Source of the DNA: Promethearchaeota archaeon
GTDB lineage: Archaea; Asgardarchaeota; Lokiarchaeia; Sigyniarchaeales; SOKP01
NCBI GenBank assembly: GCA_019058445.1
Contig: JAHPZA010000003.1
Span: 96,001-160,000 of the forward strand
Length of the DNA stretch: 64,000 nucleotides
Direction: 5' to 3'
Below the pieces are notes generated by a model. The model did not search any database and had not been told where the DNA came from. It saw only the letters and a program-made list of their open reading frames with translations. The translations under genes were made by a program, and so were the position numbers. Below are positions 29,675 through 39,091 of the stretch, piece after piece. How positions within the stretch are numbered: the first letter of the stretch is position 1; every line of letters starts with the position of its first letter.

Positions 29675-30166
29675 ATGCAAAAGAATTATTATGTTTATGA
29701 AAAACCAGAACTAAATTTTATCATTTACAAATTACCTATTTGGTTTAAAGAATCTTCTTATGAAGGCGATGAGAAAAAAGGAACTATTTTTTTTAATTCT
29801 TATAATGAATTTGATGAAATTTATGGAAGTAATGCAAAAATAGAAATTAATATTTCAGAGAAAGAAAGATTAGACTTTTATCATCCAAAAGAAGTTCAGG
29901 AATCTATTAATTTATACAATGCCATTAACGTTGTTGTCACAAAAAAAGAACGAACATGGTTAAACAGCCATGAATTTACATACTGGTTCGGAAATAGAAG
30001 GAAAATGATTAGAAAAAGATATTATCAAGAAAATCATATTCATGGTCTATTTTATTGTGAATTAACTGGGAGGCAATTTGATATTCACGCTGTCGTAGTA
30101 AAAGATCATTATGAAGGCTTTAAACCATTTCTTTTAGAAGCGTATAATTCAATAAATTGTCATTAA
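29675..30166 (+). CDS. Hypothetical protein (possibly Mog1/PsbP-like fold)
   Basis: 163-aa ORF; KLPIWF near the N-terminus and a C-terminal ..NSINCH helix. Fold guess is weak. Confidence 0.55.
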   Translation: MQKNYYVYEKPELNFIIYKLPIWFKESSYEGDEKKGTIFFNSYNEFDEIYGSNAKIEINISEKERLDFYHPKEVQESINLYNAINVVVTKKERTWLNSHEFTYWFGNRRKMIRKRYYQENHIHGLFYCELTGRQFDIHAVVVKDHYEGFKPFLLEAYNSINCH

Positions 30167-30176
30167 GGCCTTGAAA

Positions 30177-30923
30177 TTACTTTTTTTTTTGAGTCAAAAT
30201 GAAAAAGTTGTCCTTATCAGTTGAGCCCCCTAAAATTTTAAACTCTTTCAATTTGAAAATTTTAATCAAATCTTTTATTTCCCACTTTGAGAAGAAGTGA
30301 TAGAAACGATTATAGGTTTTATTTTCTGCCGAAATTGTCCAAGGGACAAATTTATCTCCAAATTCAGTTAAACCTAATTCTCTCTGGCGGTTTTTATAAT
30401 TCAATTTGAAAATACGCTTCAACCAGTCTTTAATAAAATATCTTATAAGCTTCTTTTGCCATTTACGCCACACTGTCAATAAAAAATAACCATTCCTCGC
30501 TAATAAGTTATATATTTGCTGTATAGCGCTTTTTCTTTCAGTTTTATCCTTTATATGATGAATTGTGGCAATTGAAAAGATGTTATGAATCGAAGCTGCT
30601 CTAATAGGGATGTATTTTATATCTCCAAGAATTAGTTGGATATTATTTTGCTCAATTTTAGTATAATGAATAGAATTTAGTACGCCATCTCGAGCGATTT
30701 TAATAAATTTAATTGAATTATCAATACCGATTAATTTATTATTGATACCACATTTAAATAACTTAAAATTTCTTCCATTACCACACCCTAAATCGATACA
30801 AAATCCATTAAAACGATAATCCTTCTCATATAATTGATTTAAAAATAGTTCTAAAGAGTTCCATGGATAATTTCTTTTTGAACTATAATCACCAGCAATT
30901 TTATTATAATAGTAATTCTCCAT
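30177..30923 (-). CDS. Class I SAM methyltransferase, Trm9/ALKBH8-like tRNA U34 carboxymethyltransferase
   Basis: YNKIAGDYSSKR..W, DLGCGNGRN, SIATIHHI, D.FVPW and RFYHFF resemble Trm9 signature blocks. Confidence 0.75.
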   Translation of the reverse strand: MENYYYNKIAGDYSSKRNYPWNSLELFLNQLYEKDYRFNGFCIDLGCGNGRNFKLFKCGINNKLIGIDNSIKFIKIARDGVLNSIHYTKIEQNNIQLILGDIKYIPIRAASIHNIFSIATIHHIKDKTERKSAIQQIYNLLARNGYFLLTVWRKWQKKLIRYFIKDWLKRIFKLNYKNRQRELGLTEFGDKFVPWTISAENKTYNRFYHFFSKWEIKDLIKIFKLKEFKILGGSTDKDNFFILTQKKK

Positions 30924-30979
30924 GATCTTACATTGTTATTTTGGGCACCTGTCGTAAGTGCTCGATACTTTTAATTAAT

Positions 30980-31627
30980 TTAATCTGGATTGGAATCTTT
31001 TTTTTCCAAATTGAGAATAGTTAAGACAAAATTCCTTGCAGTTGGTGTTATTTTTCCTTTTTGGCTAGCCTCGTTCCATTGTTTAATAAGTATATTATTA
31101 GCACTCATCTCTTCAATAGCGATCTTGCCAACTTTAATCCACTCATCCTCATCAATGAGGGGAGCATTTTCACAAATTCCAGGACAGTATTCAATACCCT
31201 TTTCAGTATATTGCATTCTTATCTTGGCTTTATTCGCGATTTCTTTATTAAAGAAAATTCGAAAGGTAAAAGGAAATGTCCTACAAAACATCGGTCGGAT
31301 CTTATATATTAAACATTTCTTTCCTTTATCATCATAAAAATAACATTCTCCAGAGGGTTTCTTTTTCAATCCCGTAAACGCTAAGCCTCTCTCAGTTTCT
31401 ATAGGAGGAATTACCATTTTTCCAAGTTCTTCTTTCGAAGGAGATTTATCAAATATATAAAATCCGAGTATTTCAAGGATTTCCTCAATTTTTAAGTTCA
31501 AACTTTTCTTGATTCTTAGGATATCAGAATAAGTAACATTAACAAGTGTATTCTTATCAACACAACAGTTGCCACATCTTAGACATTCAAACCTAAGATC
31601 TTTAAATTCTTCTTTTTTCTGAACCAT
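30980..31627 (-). CDS. YkgJ family Zn/Fe cysteine-cluster protein
   Basis: FECLRCGNCC..CYFY..CLIYKIRPMFCRTFPF..CPGI. Confidence 0.9.
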   Translation of the reverse strand: MVQKKEEFKDLRFECLRCGNCCVDKNTLVNVTYSDILRIKKSLNLKIEEILEILGFYIFDKSPSKEELGKMVIPPIETERGLAFTGLKKKPSGECYFYDDKGKKCLIYKIRPMFCRTFPFTFRIFFNKEIANKAKIRMQYTEKGIEYCPGICENAPLIDEDEWIKVGKIAIEEMSANNILIKQWNEASQKGKITPTARNFVLTILNLEKKDSNPD

Positions 31628-31665
31628 ATATAAAATTAAGAAAAAGGGATATTATAAAATTATAA

Positions 31666-34600
31666 TTATTTGTATTTTTCGTCGGTACTTGGGATAATTA
31701 TTTTTCTTCCAATTAAGGTTTCTATAGAATCAATAATTAAATCCTTATTTTCTTCATAAACCAGTTCTAAAATCCTATCTAAGTAAAATTCACTTTTCCC
31801 TTTACCTTTTAAAAGTGAATATATTACATTTAATATACGCAATTCCATAGAATTTAATTCATCTTCTTTTCGAATTTTCGCAATGATTTCTGGTTTTGTT
31901 AATTTAACAGGCTCTTTATAAAATAGTTCAAAGTGTTCATTTAAAATCGGAGGAATATCCCTCTCAAATTCATCTAAACTTCCATCCCAAGTAGCGAATC
32001 TATCCTTTAATTTTGAATATAAATATAATGAAAATTCTTTCACTAAATTCCTTAATCTCTCAGAAGATTTTTCTCTAAGTATAAAAATTGCTCTTATATC
32101 GCCCTTATCTGCAATTAAACAATGGAAATGCTTAAAATCAATTTCGAGTACTCTTTCTTCTTTCTTGAGATCTTCTTCCTCAGAAATCACAGTTTTATTA
32201 CCTGATATTTCTTCTCCAATTGTAGTTATTGCTTGTATAAATCCGGAAAATAATTCTTTCTTTTGATGCTCAAGTATTGAATAACTCTTTAAGTATACTG
32301 GTACACCTCCTGATTTGTGAATAATCACTACTGCTTGAATATTTTGAAGGTCCTTAAATCTCTGAGTTCTGGCTAATAAATCGGATTCCTTTCTCCTCTT
32401 TCGTGGTAAAAGCACATATGATCTATAACTTAAAACAGCCAATACTCCAATTACAGCAACTAAAACTGAAACGATAATCCAAAATAAAAGCGGATCTTCT
32501 TCTGCCTCTTCCTGGGTTATATCTACTATAAAGGAAAATTCCGTTGATTTATATTCCGATCCCTCTTTTGAAATAATTAGGGTAATTTTATAGTCATCTT
32601 CCTCTATATCATCAGGAATTTCCAAATCTAATTTATAAATGCCTGAACCCTTACCATCCAAGGTTCCAACACCATATTCCCATGAATAAGAAACCACAGC
32701 TCCATCAATATATATATTGGACCCTACTTCTTTTAATTGAATTTCAATACTAATATCTTCCCCTATATAAGCATCAATCGAATCATCGAAATCAATCGTA
32801 AGAACTTCAATCGGGATTTGACCAATTATTATTTGAAATGGAAATATTGTAGTTTGATAATTATCCATACTAAATCTTATATATGCATAATTATATCCTA
32901 ATGAAAAATAAGTAGTGAGAATTTTAATAGAATTATTAAACCAATAACTACCTGATTTTGTTAAATTTACCTCGTAATCACCGCATATAAATGTTAAATT
33001 TCCTTCAGTTAAATAAATTCGATCATATTTGGCCATTGAACTAGCATTGATAGTTATTTCCTCATTAAATTTTGATTCAAATAAAGAGTTCTCTTTAATT
33101 CTCTGAGCATTAAGGAAAACTGTTAAATTTACCGATTGTTCAACAATCTCAAATTGATAAGTACGATTCTGAGATTCATATTTTCCCTTAGCAAAATCAA
33201 TGTTTAAATAAAAATAACCTACTTTAGTTCTAAAAGTTGTATTAATTTCTACACTATAAATTCCATTACCTGTATTATTGATTCTATAATAACCTTCCGA
33301 TATATTTACCTTTACAATGGCCTCATCAATACCATCATCATTAGAATCTAAATACTGAAATTTAATAGTTGTATTAGAATGAAATTCAATATAATAGTCA
33401 TATTCCAATCGCTGGAGTTTAGTGTCTTCTCCTAAATTAAGCACGAGAGTAAGATTACAATCCACAAAACCTAATTTAGAAGAATTTATTATAAATTTAT
33501 AAGTTCCTAAATCTAAGGTGTCGGTGTATATTGTTGCTTCATAAATTCCATCAACAGATTCTTCTAGATCTATTTGCTGGCCTCCTGTCCAATTATAAGT
33601 AATATATGCCTCTGACACAGGTAAATTGTTTTCTGAATCTTTTAATTCAATTTTAAGAGGAATTGCCTCACCAACATACCCCTCGGCTAACAAATCATTT
33701 ACTGCGTCAAACGGTCTGTTAAGGGTCATAGAACTATTATGTATAATTATGAAACTTGATTTTAACCCACCTAAAGCAGTCCCATTTGACCAAAATAATG
33801 TATAATTATATTGCCCTCCGGTTGTATTGTATGAACCAATTGTTATTTCTGAAAAAGTAACATTTCCAGATTCATTCGGAGATTTGGATTCCTCATACCA
33901 AATAGTCCCATTAGGATGGTAGATTTTTAAATCAACCGTTGTTGATAGCAAATTAGAAGGGATCTCACCAGAAAAATTAACTTGCGTTTTAATTCTGGTC
34001 GATTCACCCGTTTTAAAACTTGATTGTACCCATTGTCCATTCTTATACATTCGAGTATTAGATATATTAAGATAATTTGGTGAAGTTGCCTTGAAAGTCC
34101 ACCAGCCAATATAAGAATAAGATTTGTTGATCTTTAGATAATTATCACCGACTCTCCCTCCCTCAAAAGGTCTTAAATAATTAGCTTGATCTCTAGCAGA
34201 AAGAATCTCCCAATTTCTAGATTTAGATATAATAAATTCAAAATCGGAATAGTGATCAATTTTAGCAAAATCATGTAAAAATTCCCATTGAATTGTTCCA
34301 TTTTTTAATATTGTATAAGATATACCCTCATCATATTGTCTATTATATTTTGTTGTCGTATTATGGTACCCATAAAGAGTAGTATCTAGTTCAAAATAGA
34401 GTTCAGAAGCTGCTGTACTTACATTTAAAACTATTAGATTTTCATCCCAAATATTAGAACTAATAGTTTGTGATGCTTGACCCCATTCATTTCCATTATT
34501 TAAGGTTTCACCATAAATCTTTAAATCAATACCATCTTGTGTAGAATTGGCAATGGATGTCAACCCTAATGTTATATTATCAAACCATACAAGTTGTTGG

Positions 34601-35841
34601 AACCTATCTTCAAATCCCCCATACCAAGAACTAATGCCACTTTTTATCCCAATCGAAATATTTAGATTTTGATTATCCAATATATTTTCAAAAATATTTG
34701 AATTATTAACCCATAAGGGTAGATAAATTTTTCCAGTACTGTGCCATTCATTTCTTCCAGCTTCATAAATATCAAACATTCCAATAGAATATATTTTCTG
34801 ATTATTTATCTCAAAATATATAAAAATATTATTTGTCTCCATACAGTATTCAGCATTATAATCAAAGCTGATATAGGCATCAATAAGCTTACCTCGTGGA
34901 ATGGTTAAATTCTGGTAGATTTCCGTGAAATCATTTTTATTATAATATGCCCAATATGTGTCATCATCACTATCCCATTCGATATAGGGAACATATCTTA
35001 CAAACATTCCAGTGGAATTACCAGCTTCACCAGGTCCGCTTGATCCAGTACCACCAAGAATATCCTCATTTAATGTCCATGAATTAGAATTAGAAAAATA
35101 ATTAGAACTTCCATTCATAAACTCATAAGAATCAATTCTATAATCTCCTGTAGGAATTAAATCATCACTATATATATCTATATCTAATTCATCACTTTTA
35201 ATCCATGGAGAGTAAAAATCACTTTTAACTCCAGTATCAAGATATTTCATTACTGAATCATTATTTAGAATTCTTATATAATCATAATTCTCCTCAATGT
35301 TAATATAATCAAAATGCACTCTCATCGCTAGAGCTCCTGGATGAGAGATTATTGCTGAATTTTCCCAAGCTTTTGGACCTGAATTATCATAACTATAAGA
35401 AATAACATTGGTTTTATTAAACACTGTTACAGGTTTAAAACCGCTATTATTTACCCAATTTCTTGTATCTTGTACATTTTCAATTGAATTTTCTATTTTT
35501 GAAACTTTCCAATTGTGAAAATCGTCTAAATAATATGTAAGATTGATTATTTCCTCATTATTTAACGTTATTTCTTGACTATTATTGTATAAATTTCCAA
35601 CTTCTGTAATATTTAAAGGTTCTTCAGTTCCTTGAAATAATATCGAATCTGCTGCGGAATTATCTAAATTTTCATCAAAATTATTAATGTTTTGATTATC
35701 ATTGATAAGAGGAGCAGATGACGATAAAGGACCAAAATTAATAATCTGAATTAAAAATAAAATTAAAATTAATGATGATAAGAAAGAAATTTGCAAAATT
35801 CTTTTATTCTTAAGTTTCTTTTTACCTTGAACAAGATGCAT
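31666..35841 (-). CDS. Large surface glycoprotein: signal/TM, CUB-like and Ig-like domains, TM helix, cytoplasmic longin + wHTH
   Basis: MRVHFDYINIEENYDYI..YSD (CUB-like), many NxS/T sequons, G.Y repeats, TM LLFWII..LLPRKRRK and cytoplasmic VIIHKSGGVPVY..ELFSGFIQAI. Confidence 0.75.
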   Translation of the reverse strand: MHLVQGKKKLKNKRILQISFLSSLILILFLIQIINFGPLSSSAPLINDNQNINNFDENLDNSAADSILFQGTEEPLNITEVGNLYNNSQEITLNNEEIINLTYYLDDFHNWKVSKIENSIENVQDTRNWVNNSGFKPVTVFNKTNVISYSYDNSGPKAWENSAIISHPGALAMRVHFDYINIEENYDYIRILNNDSVMKYLDTGVKSDFYSPWIKSDELDIDIYSDDLIPTGDYRIDSYEFMNGSSNYFSNSNSWTLNEDILGGTGSSGPGEAGNSTGMFVRYVPYIEWDSDDDTYWAYYNKNDFTEIYQNLTIPRGKLIDAYISFDYNAEYCMETNNIFIYFEINNQKIYSIGMFDIYEAGRNEWHSTGKIYLPLWVNNSNIFENILDNQNLNISIGIKSGISSWYGGFEDRFQQLVWFDNITLGLTSIANSTQDGIDLKIYGETLNNGNEWGQASQTISSNIWDENLIVLNVSTAASELYFELDTTLYGYHNTTTKYNRQYDEGISYTILKNGTIQWEFLHDFAKIDHYSDFEFIISKSRNWEILSARDQANYLRPFEGGRVGDNYLKINKSYSYIGWWTFKATSPNYLNISNTRMYKNGQWVQSSFKTGESTRIKTQVNFSGEIPSNLLSTTVDLKIYHPNGTIWYEESKSPNESGNVTFSEITIGSYNTTGGQYNYTLFWSNGTALGGLKSSFIIIHNSSMTLNRPFDAVNDLLAEGYVGEAIPLKIELKDSENNLPVSEAYITYNWTGGQQIDLEESVDGIYEATIYTDTLDLGTYKFIINSSKLGFVDCNLTLVLNLGEDTKLQRLEYDYYIEFHSNTTIKFQYLDSNDDGIDEAIVKVNISEGYYRINNTGNGIYSVEINTTFRTKVGYFYLNIDFAKGKYESQNRTYQFEIVEQSVNLTVFLNAQRIKENSLFESKFNEEITINASSMAKYDRIYLTEGNLTFICGDYEVNLTKSGSYWFNNSIKILTTYFSLGYNYAYIRFSMDNYQTTIFPFQIIIGQIPIEVLTIDFDDSIDAYIGEDISIEIQLKEVGSNIYIDGAVVSYSWEYGVGTLDGKGSGIYKLDLEIPDDIEEDDYKITLIISKEGSEYKSTEFSFIVDITQEEAEEDPLLFWIIVSVLVAVIGVLAVLSYRSYVLLPRKRRKESDLLARTQRFKDLQNIQAVVIIHKSGGVPVYLKSYSILEHQKKELFSGFIQAITTIGEEISGNKTVISEEEDLKKEERVLEIDFKHFHCLIADKGDIRAIFILREKSSERLRNLVKEFSLYLYSKLKDRFATWDGSLDEFERDIPPILNEHFELFYKEPVKLTKPEIIAKIRKEDELNSMELRILNVIYSLLKGKGKSEFYLDRILELVYEENKDLIIDSIETLIGRKIIIPSTDEKYK

Positions 35842-36020
35842 AGTACTATCCCTAAAATGCGTACCCGTAACTCTATACTTAAAATTGTAAAATTTTGTAT
35901 ACTAACTTAATAAAAATTTAATTTTATAAATATATTTTTAAATTTTAAAGGGTATGAGATTGGGTATATATGCTAGGTGAACCATTTAAAATGAATCCTC
36001 ATATGAATGGGAGGCGAAAG

Positions 36021-37391
36021 TTAATTTTTATTTGAAGTTTTTCCATTTTTTCTTTTTATATGTAATACGAAGAATATAGTTGCCAACTCCATTATAATAA
36101 AAGAGACTAATGAATAAATTTCTTGGTAAAAATTTACCACACTAAAAACTATTAATATACTAAAAAAGCTGGCAGTCAGTATCATCCCTACTATAGGAAT
36201 AATGGCATTACTACCAGTCTCTTTCCTAACTTTAAAGTTAGTAAAGTTAATGATGAAAAAAATTTGAGCAAAAATTAAACCTGCAAGACCTGCGATTGCG
36301 AGAGCGCCACCAGTAAACAATGCTAGAATTATGCTAATAAATCCCGTAATAATAATTGAAACATATGGAACTTTATTTTTATTGATCTTGGAAATTTTTT
36401 GTGGGAGTACTTCATCCTTAGCCATCATATAAGCAAGGCGAGAAGAACCCAATATAGTTGCATTCAATGCACTCGTTGTTGATAAAAGAGCCCCGAAGAT
36501 TATTAAAAACATACCTAATATCCCTATAGAAATTAAAGCAGCTAAAGCTATAGAAACCTCAGCTTCATGCACTTCCTCTCCAATAACCCCAGATACGCCT
36601 AAGATAGCCATTGTTGTGAAACCAACCATACAATAAATGACCATAGCTACTATAAGAGCAAATTTCATCATCTTTAGGCCTCCCTCCCTATCCTCCATCT
36701 CGTGAGAACCATACGCTATTAATTGGAATCCTTCATAGGAGATGAGAATACAACTACTTCCAAGGATTATTCCCATAATATTTATATTAGTAATTGATTC
36801 GCTATCTAATCCTATATTAATTAGCATCCTATCTGTGTTTTGCATAGCAAAACCAAATCCAAGGAATATAAAAATAAGAAAAATACCAATATAAACAAAG
36901 ACAAGAATACTTTGCACTCTTGCTGACTCTTTAACGCCTTTTAAATTTAATATCGTTAAAATAGAAATTAAAAGAGTAATAATTATACCAATTATATAAA
37001 AACTGTATTCTATATTGAACATTAAAATAAAATAAACACTAAAAGTATAAGCATATAAAGCCATAGTAACAATATAACCAAAATATAATAAAATACCGAT
37101 AAATGGTCCAAGATTTTGGAGTTTGGAATTAGGAAATGCATTTTGAACACAAGTATATTCCCCGCCAGGATCACACCATTTTAAGTTAAGTTTTTGATAT
37201 GAGTATACTGTAATTAAAGCTATTACTCCAGTAATTACATATGATAAATAAGAGTATGGCCCAGTAAATGTAGATATAACGCCTAATACGCTAAAAATAC
37301 CACCTCCAATTAAACCCCCTACTCCTATCATTAAGCAACTTAATTTACTTAAGTGTTTATGAAAATCATGTTCCGGTTCTTCAAATGTTAT
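36021..37391 (-). CDS. APC family amino acid permease
   Basis: GGLIGGGIF, GGEY, SYEGFQ, SALNA..SSR..YMMAKD and VP motifs. The frame extends upstream of ATG 37331 to a probable ATA start at 37391. Confidence 0.88.
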   Translation of the reverse strand: MTFEEPEHDFHKHLSKLSCLMIGVGGLIGGGIFSVLGVISTFTGPYSYLSYVITGVIALITVYSYQKLNLKWCDPGGEYTCVQNAFPNSKLQNLGPFIGILLYFGYIVTMALYAYTFSVYFILMFNIEYSFYIIGIIITLLISILTILNLKGVKESARVQSILVFVYIGIFLIFIFLGFGFAMQNTDRMLINIGLDSESITNINIMGIILGSSCILISYEGFQLIAYGSHEMEDREGGLKMMKFALIVAMVIYCMVGFTTMAILGVSGVIGEEVHEAEVSIALAALISIGILGMFLIIFGALLSTTSALNATILGSSRLAYMMAKDEVLPQKISKINKNKVPYVSIIITGFISIILALFTGGALAIAGLAGLIFAQIFFIINFTNFKVRKETGSNAIIPIVGMILTASFFSILIVFSVVNFYQEIYSLVSFIIMELATIFFVLHIKRKNGKTSNKN

Positions 37392-37732
37392 TCCTATTCT
37401 CCCCTTTATTGATTGATAGCTTTATAATATGAAATGAAATTCTTATCTGAACTTAAAAATATAAGCGAATTTAAAAAAGTTTGTATAATAATCAATTAAA
37501 TCTTTATATAGTTTTCGAATTTATCTAAGTTCGTTATGATAGCTGATATATTTGAAGTTTTTCTGAATTATATAAAAAATTCTCAAATTTAGACTAGATT
37601 TTGAAAGCTCTTATTTTCACTAGAAAAATTTCTAGTAATTAGATAAGCAATAACACATTTTCGTATTAGGATGAATTAATTAAAAATTCGTCTTTTAAAA
37701 TAGAGATTAATCGATTTTTTTCATTTTCAGAT

Positions 37733-37781
37733 AATTCCCTAACGTCAACTCCGCTAGTATTGTAACTATCGTAAGGGAATT
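37733..37781. repeat. Inverted repeat / stem-loop in long intergenic region
   Basis: aattccctaacg (37733-44) pairs with cgtaagggaatt (37770-81), 1 mismatch. Confidence 0.6.
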
Positions 37782-37936
37782 CTATTAAATCCTTTTTTGA
37801 ATTATTGTTATTACTATTAATCGTGACCCACAACTGAAAAAATTAAAAACTTTGAGTAAAATTAATCTCTAAATGATCATATTTTTTAGTTACTTTTAAG
37901 GATTTGCCTCCTAAGTAATAGAATAAACATGAAAAC

Positions 37937-38010
37937 CATAAATTTGTGTGTAAAAAAATCCTTACGAATATTAAAATGTATAAGGGTTTTATTTCACACA
38001 AAATATTATG
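37937..38010. repeat. Long imperfect hairpin just 3' of the PfkB gene
   Basis: tttgtgtg-taaaaaaatcctta ... taagggttttattt-cacacaaa. Confidence 0.6.
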
Positions 38011-38037
38011 AAATAATTAAATGATTTCCTCAAAACA

Positions 38038-39039
38038 TCATAAAGTTTCTAATTCTGGGGGAAGATACCCATAATTTTCAAAAAACCGCTTTTTTACGTC
38101 TTTAATTTGATAAATCTGAGTCTGGGGTCCGCTTGTTTCAACAACGAAGGAACCTATCACAGAACCTAGGCGACATGAATCTAGTAAGGTCATATCTAAA
38201 GATAATCCCGTTAAAATTCCTGCTCTATATCCATCACCCGCTCCTGTTGGCTCAACCAACTTTTCTGGTTTACAAATTGGAATATCTATTTGATAAATCT
38301 TTTTTTCATCTTTGTAGATTAGTTGAGAACCTTCTTTACCCTTTGTTACGATAATTGCGTTCACTTGTTTTATAATATCTTCTACAGATGATTCCAATTT
38401 ATTTTCGATTTGCTTAATTTCAAATTCATTTCCGATTAATATAGTTGTCTTTTTAATCACTTCGGTTAATAAATCTTTAGGAAATAGTGGCGTCACTTGA
38501 CCGGGATCAAAAATTATTGGAATGTTTAAATCATATAATTGTTCCTGAAAATTCACCATTGCATCAACGCTCTGAGTGGAGTTAATTGCATAAACATAAT
38601 TCTCAGGATCCTTTATTCTTTCTCTTAAATCAATTTCTTTACATTTATCAAGTGCGCCTCCATGAAAAATGATCATCTGGTTAGCCTTAATATCATTAAC
38701 AATATAACAAGCTGCTGTAAAAAGGTCTTCTTGAATATCAACACCAAGTTCAATGTTATCAAATCGAGTGATATGCTCCTTATAGCCAAGACTCTCAAAA
38801 TCTTTTCCCACTGAACAAAATACATGGGCATTTCCTACATTCATTAAACCTAAGTTGTAACAAATATTTCCTGCTGTGCCACCAAAGTGCTGAATTCTAC
38901 TACTAGTTGTTACGGTGCTTTGATAATCTCCTTTTTCATGATCTATAGAAACAGCATTGACAAAATTCTCATCAAATCCCATAATATAGTCAAATGCAAT
39001 AGATCCAAGAACTATAACTTTCTTTTTTTTAGGATTCAT
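38038..39039 (-). CDS. PfkB family carbohydrate/nucleoside kinase (adenosine kinase-like)
   Basis: GSIAFD, FGGTAGN, FDPGQ, NEFE, VTKG and EPTGAGDGYRAG motifs. Confidence 0.92.
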   Translation of the reverse strand: MNPKKKKVIVLGSIAFDYIMGFDENFVNAVSIDHEKGDYQSTVTTSSRIQHFGGTAGNICYNLGLMNVGNAHVFCSVGKDFESLGYKEHITRFDNIELGVDIQEDLFTAACYIVNDIKANQMIIFHGGALDKCKEIDLRERIKDPENYVYAINSTQSVDAMVNFQEQLYDLNIPIIFDPGQVTPLFPKDLLTEVIKKTTILIGNEFEIKQIENKLESSVEDIIKQVNAIIVTKGKEGSQLIYKDEKKIYQIDIPICKPEKLVEPTGAGDGYRAGILTGLSLDMTLLDSCRLGSVIGSFVVETSGPQTQIYQIKDVKKRFFENYGYLPPELETL

Positions 39040-39091
39040 GCTTTATCATTCTTTTTAATAAAAGTTATGATTTGTTAAATTTATTAAACTT

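Noticed and set aside
37937-38010. SECIS candidate downstream of the PfkB gene
   Set aside because: No AUGA/GA quartet in register and no in-frame UGA in the upstream gene.
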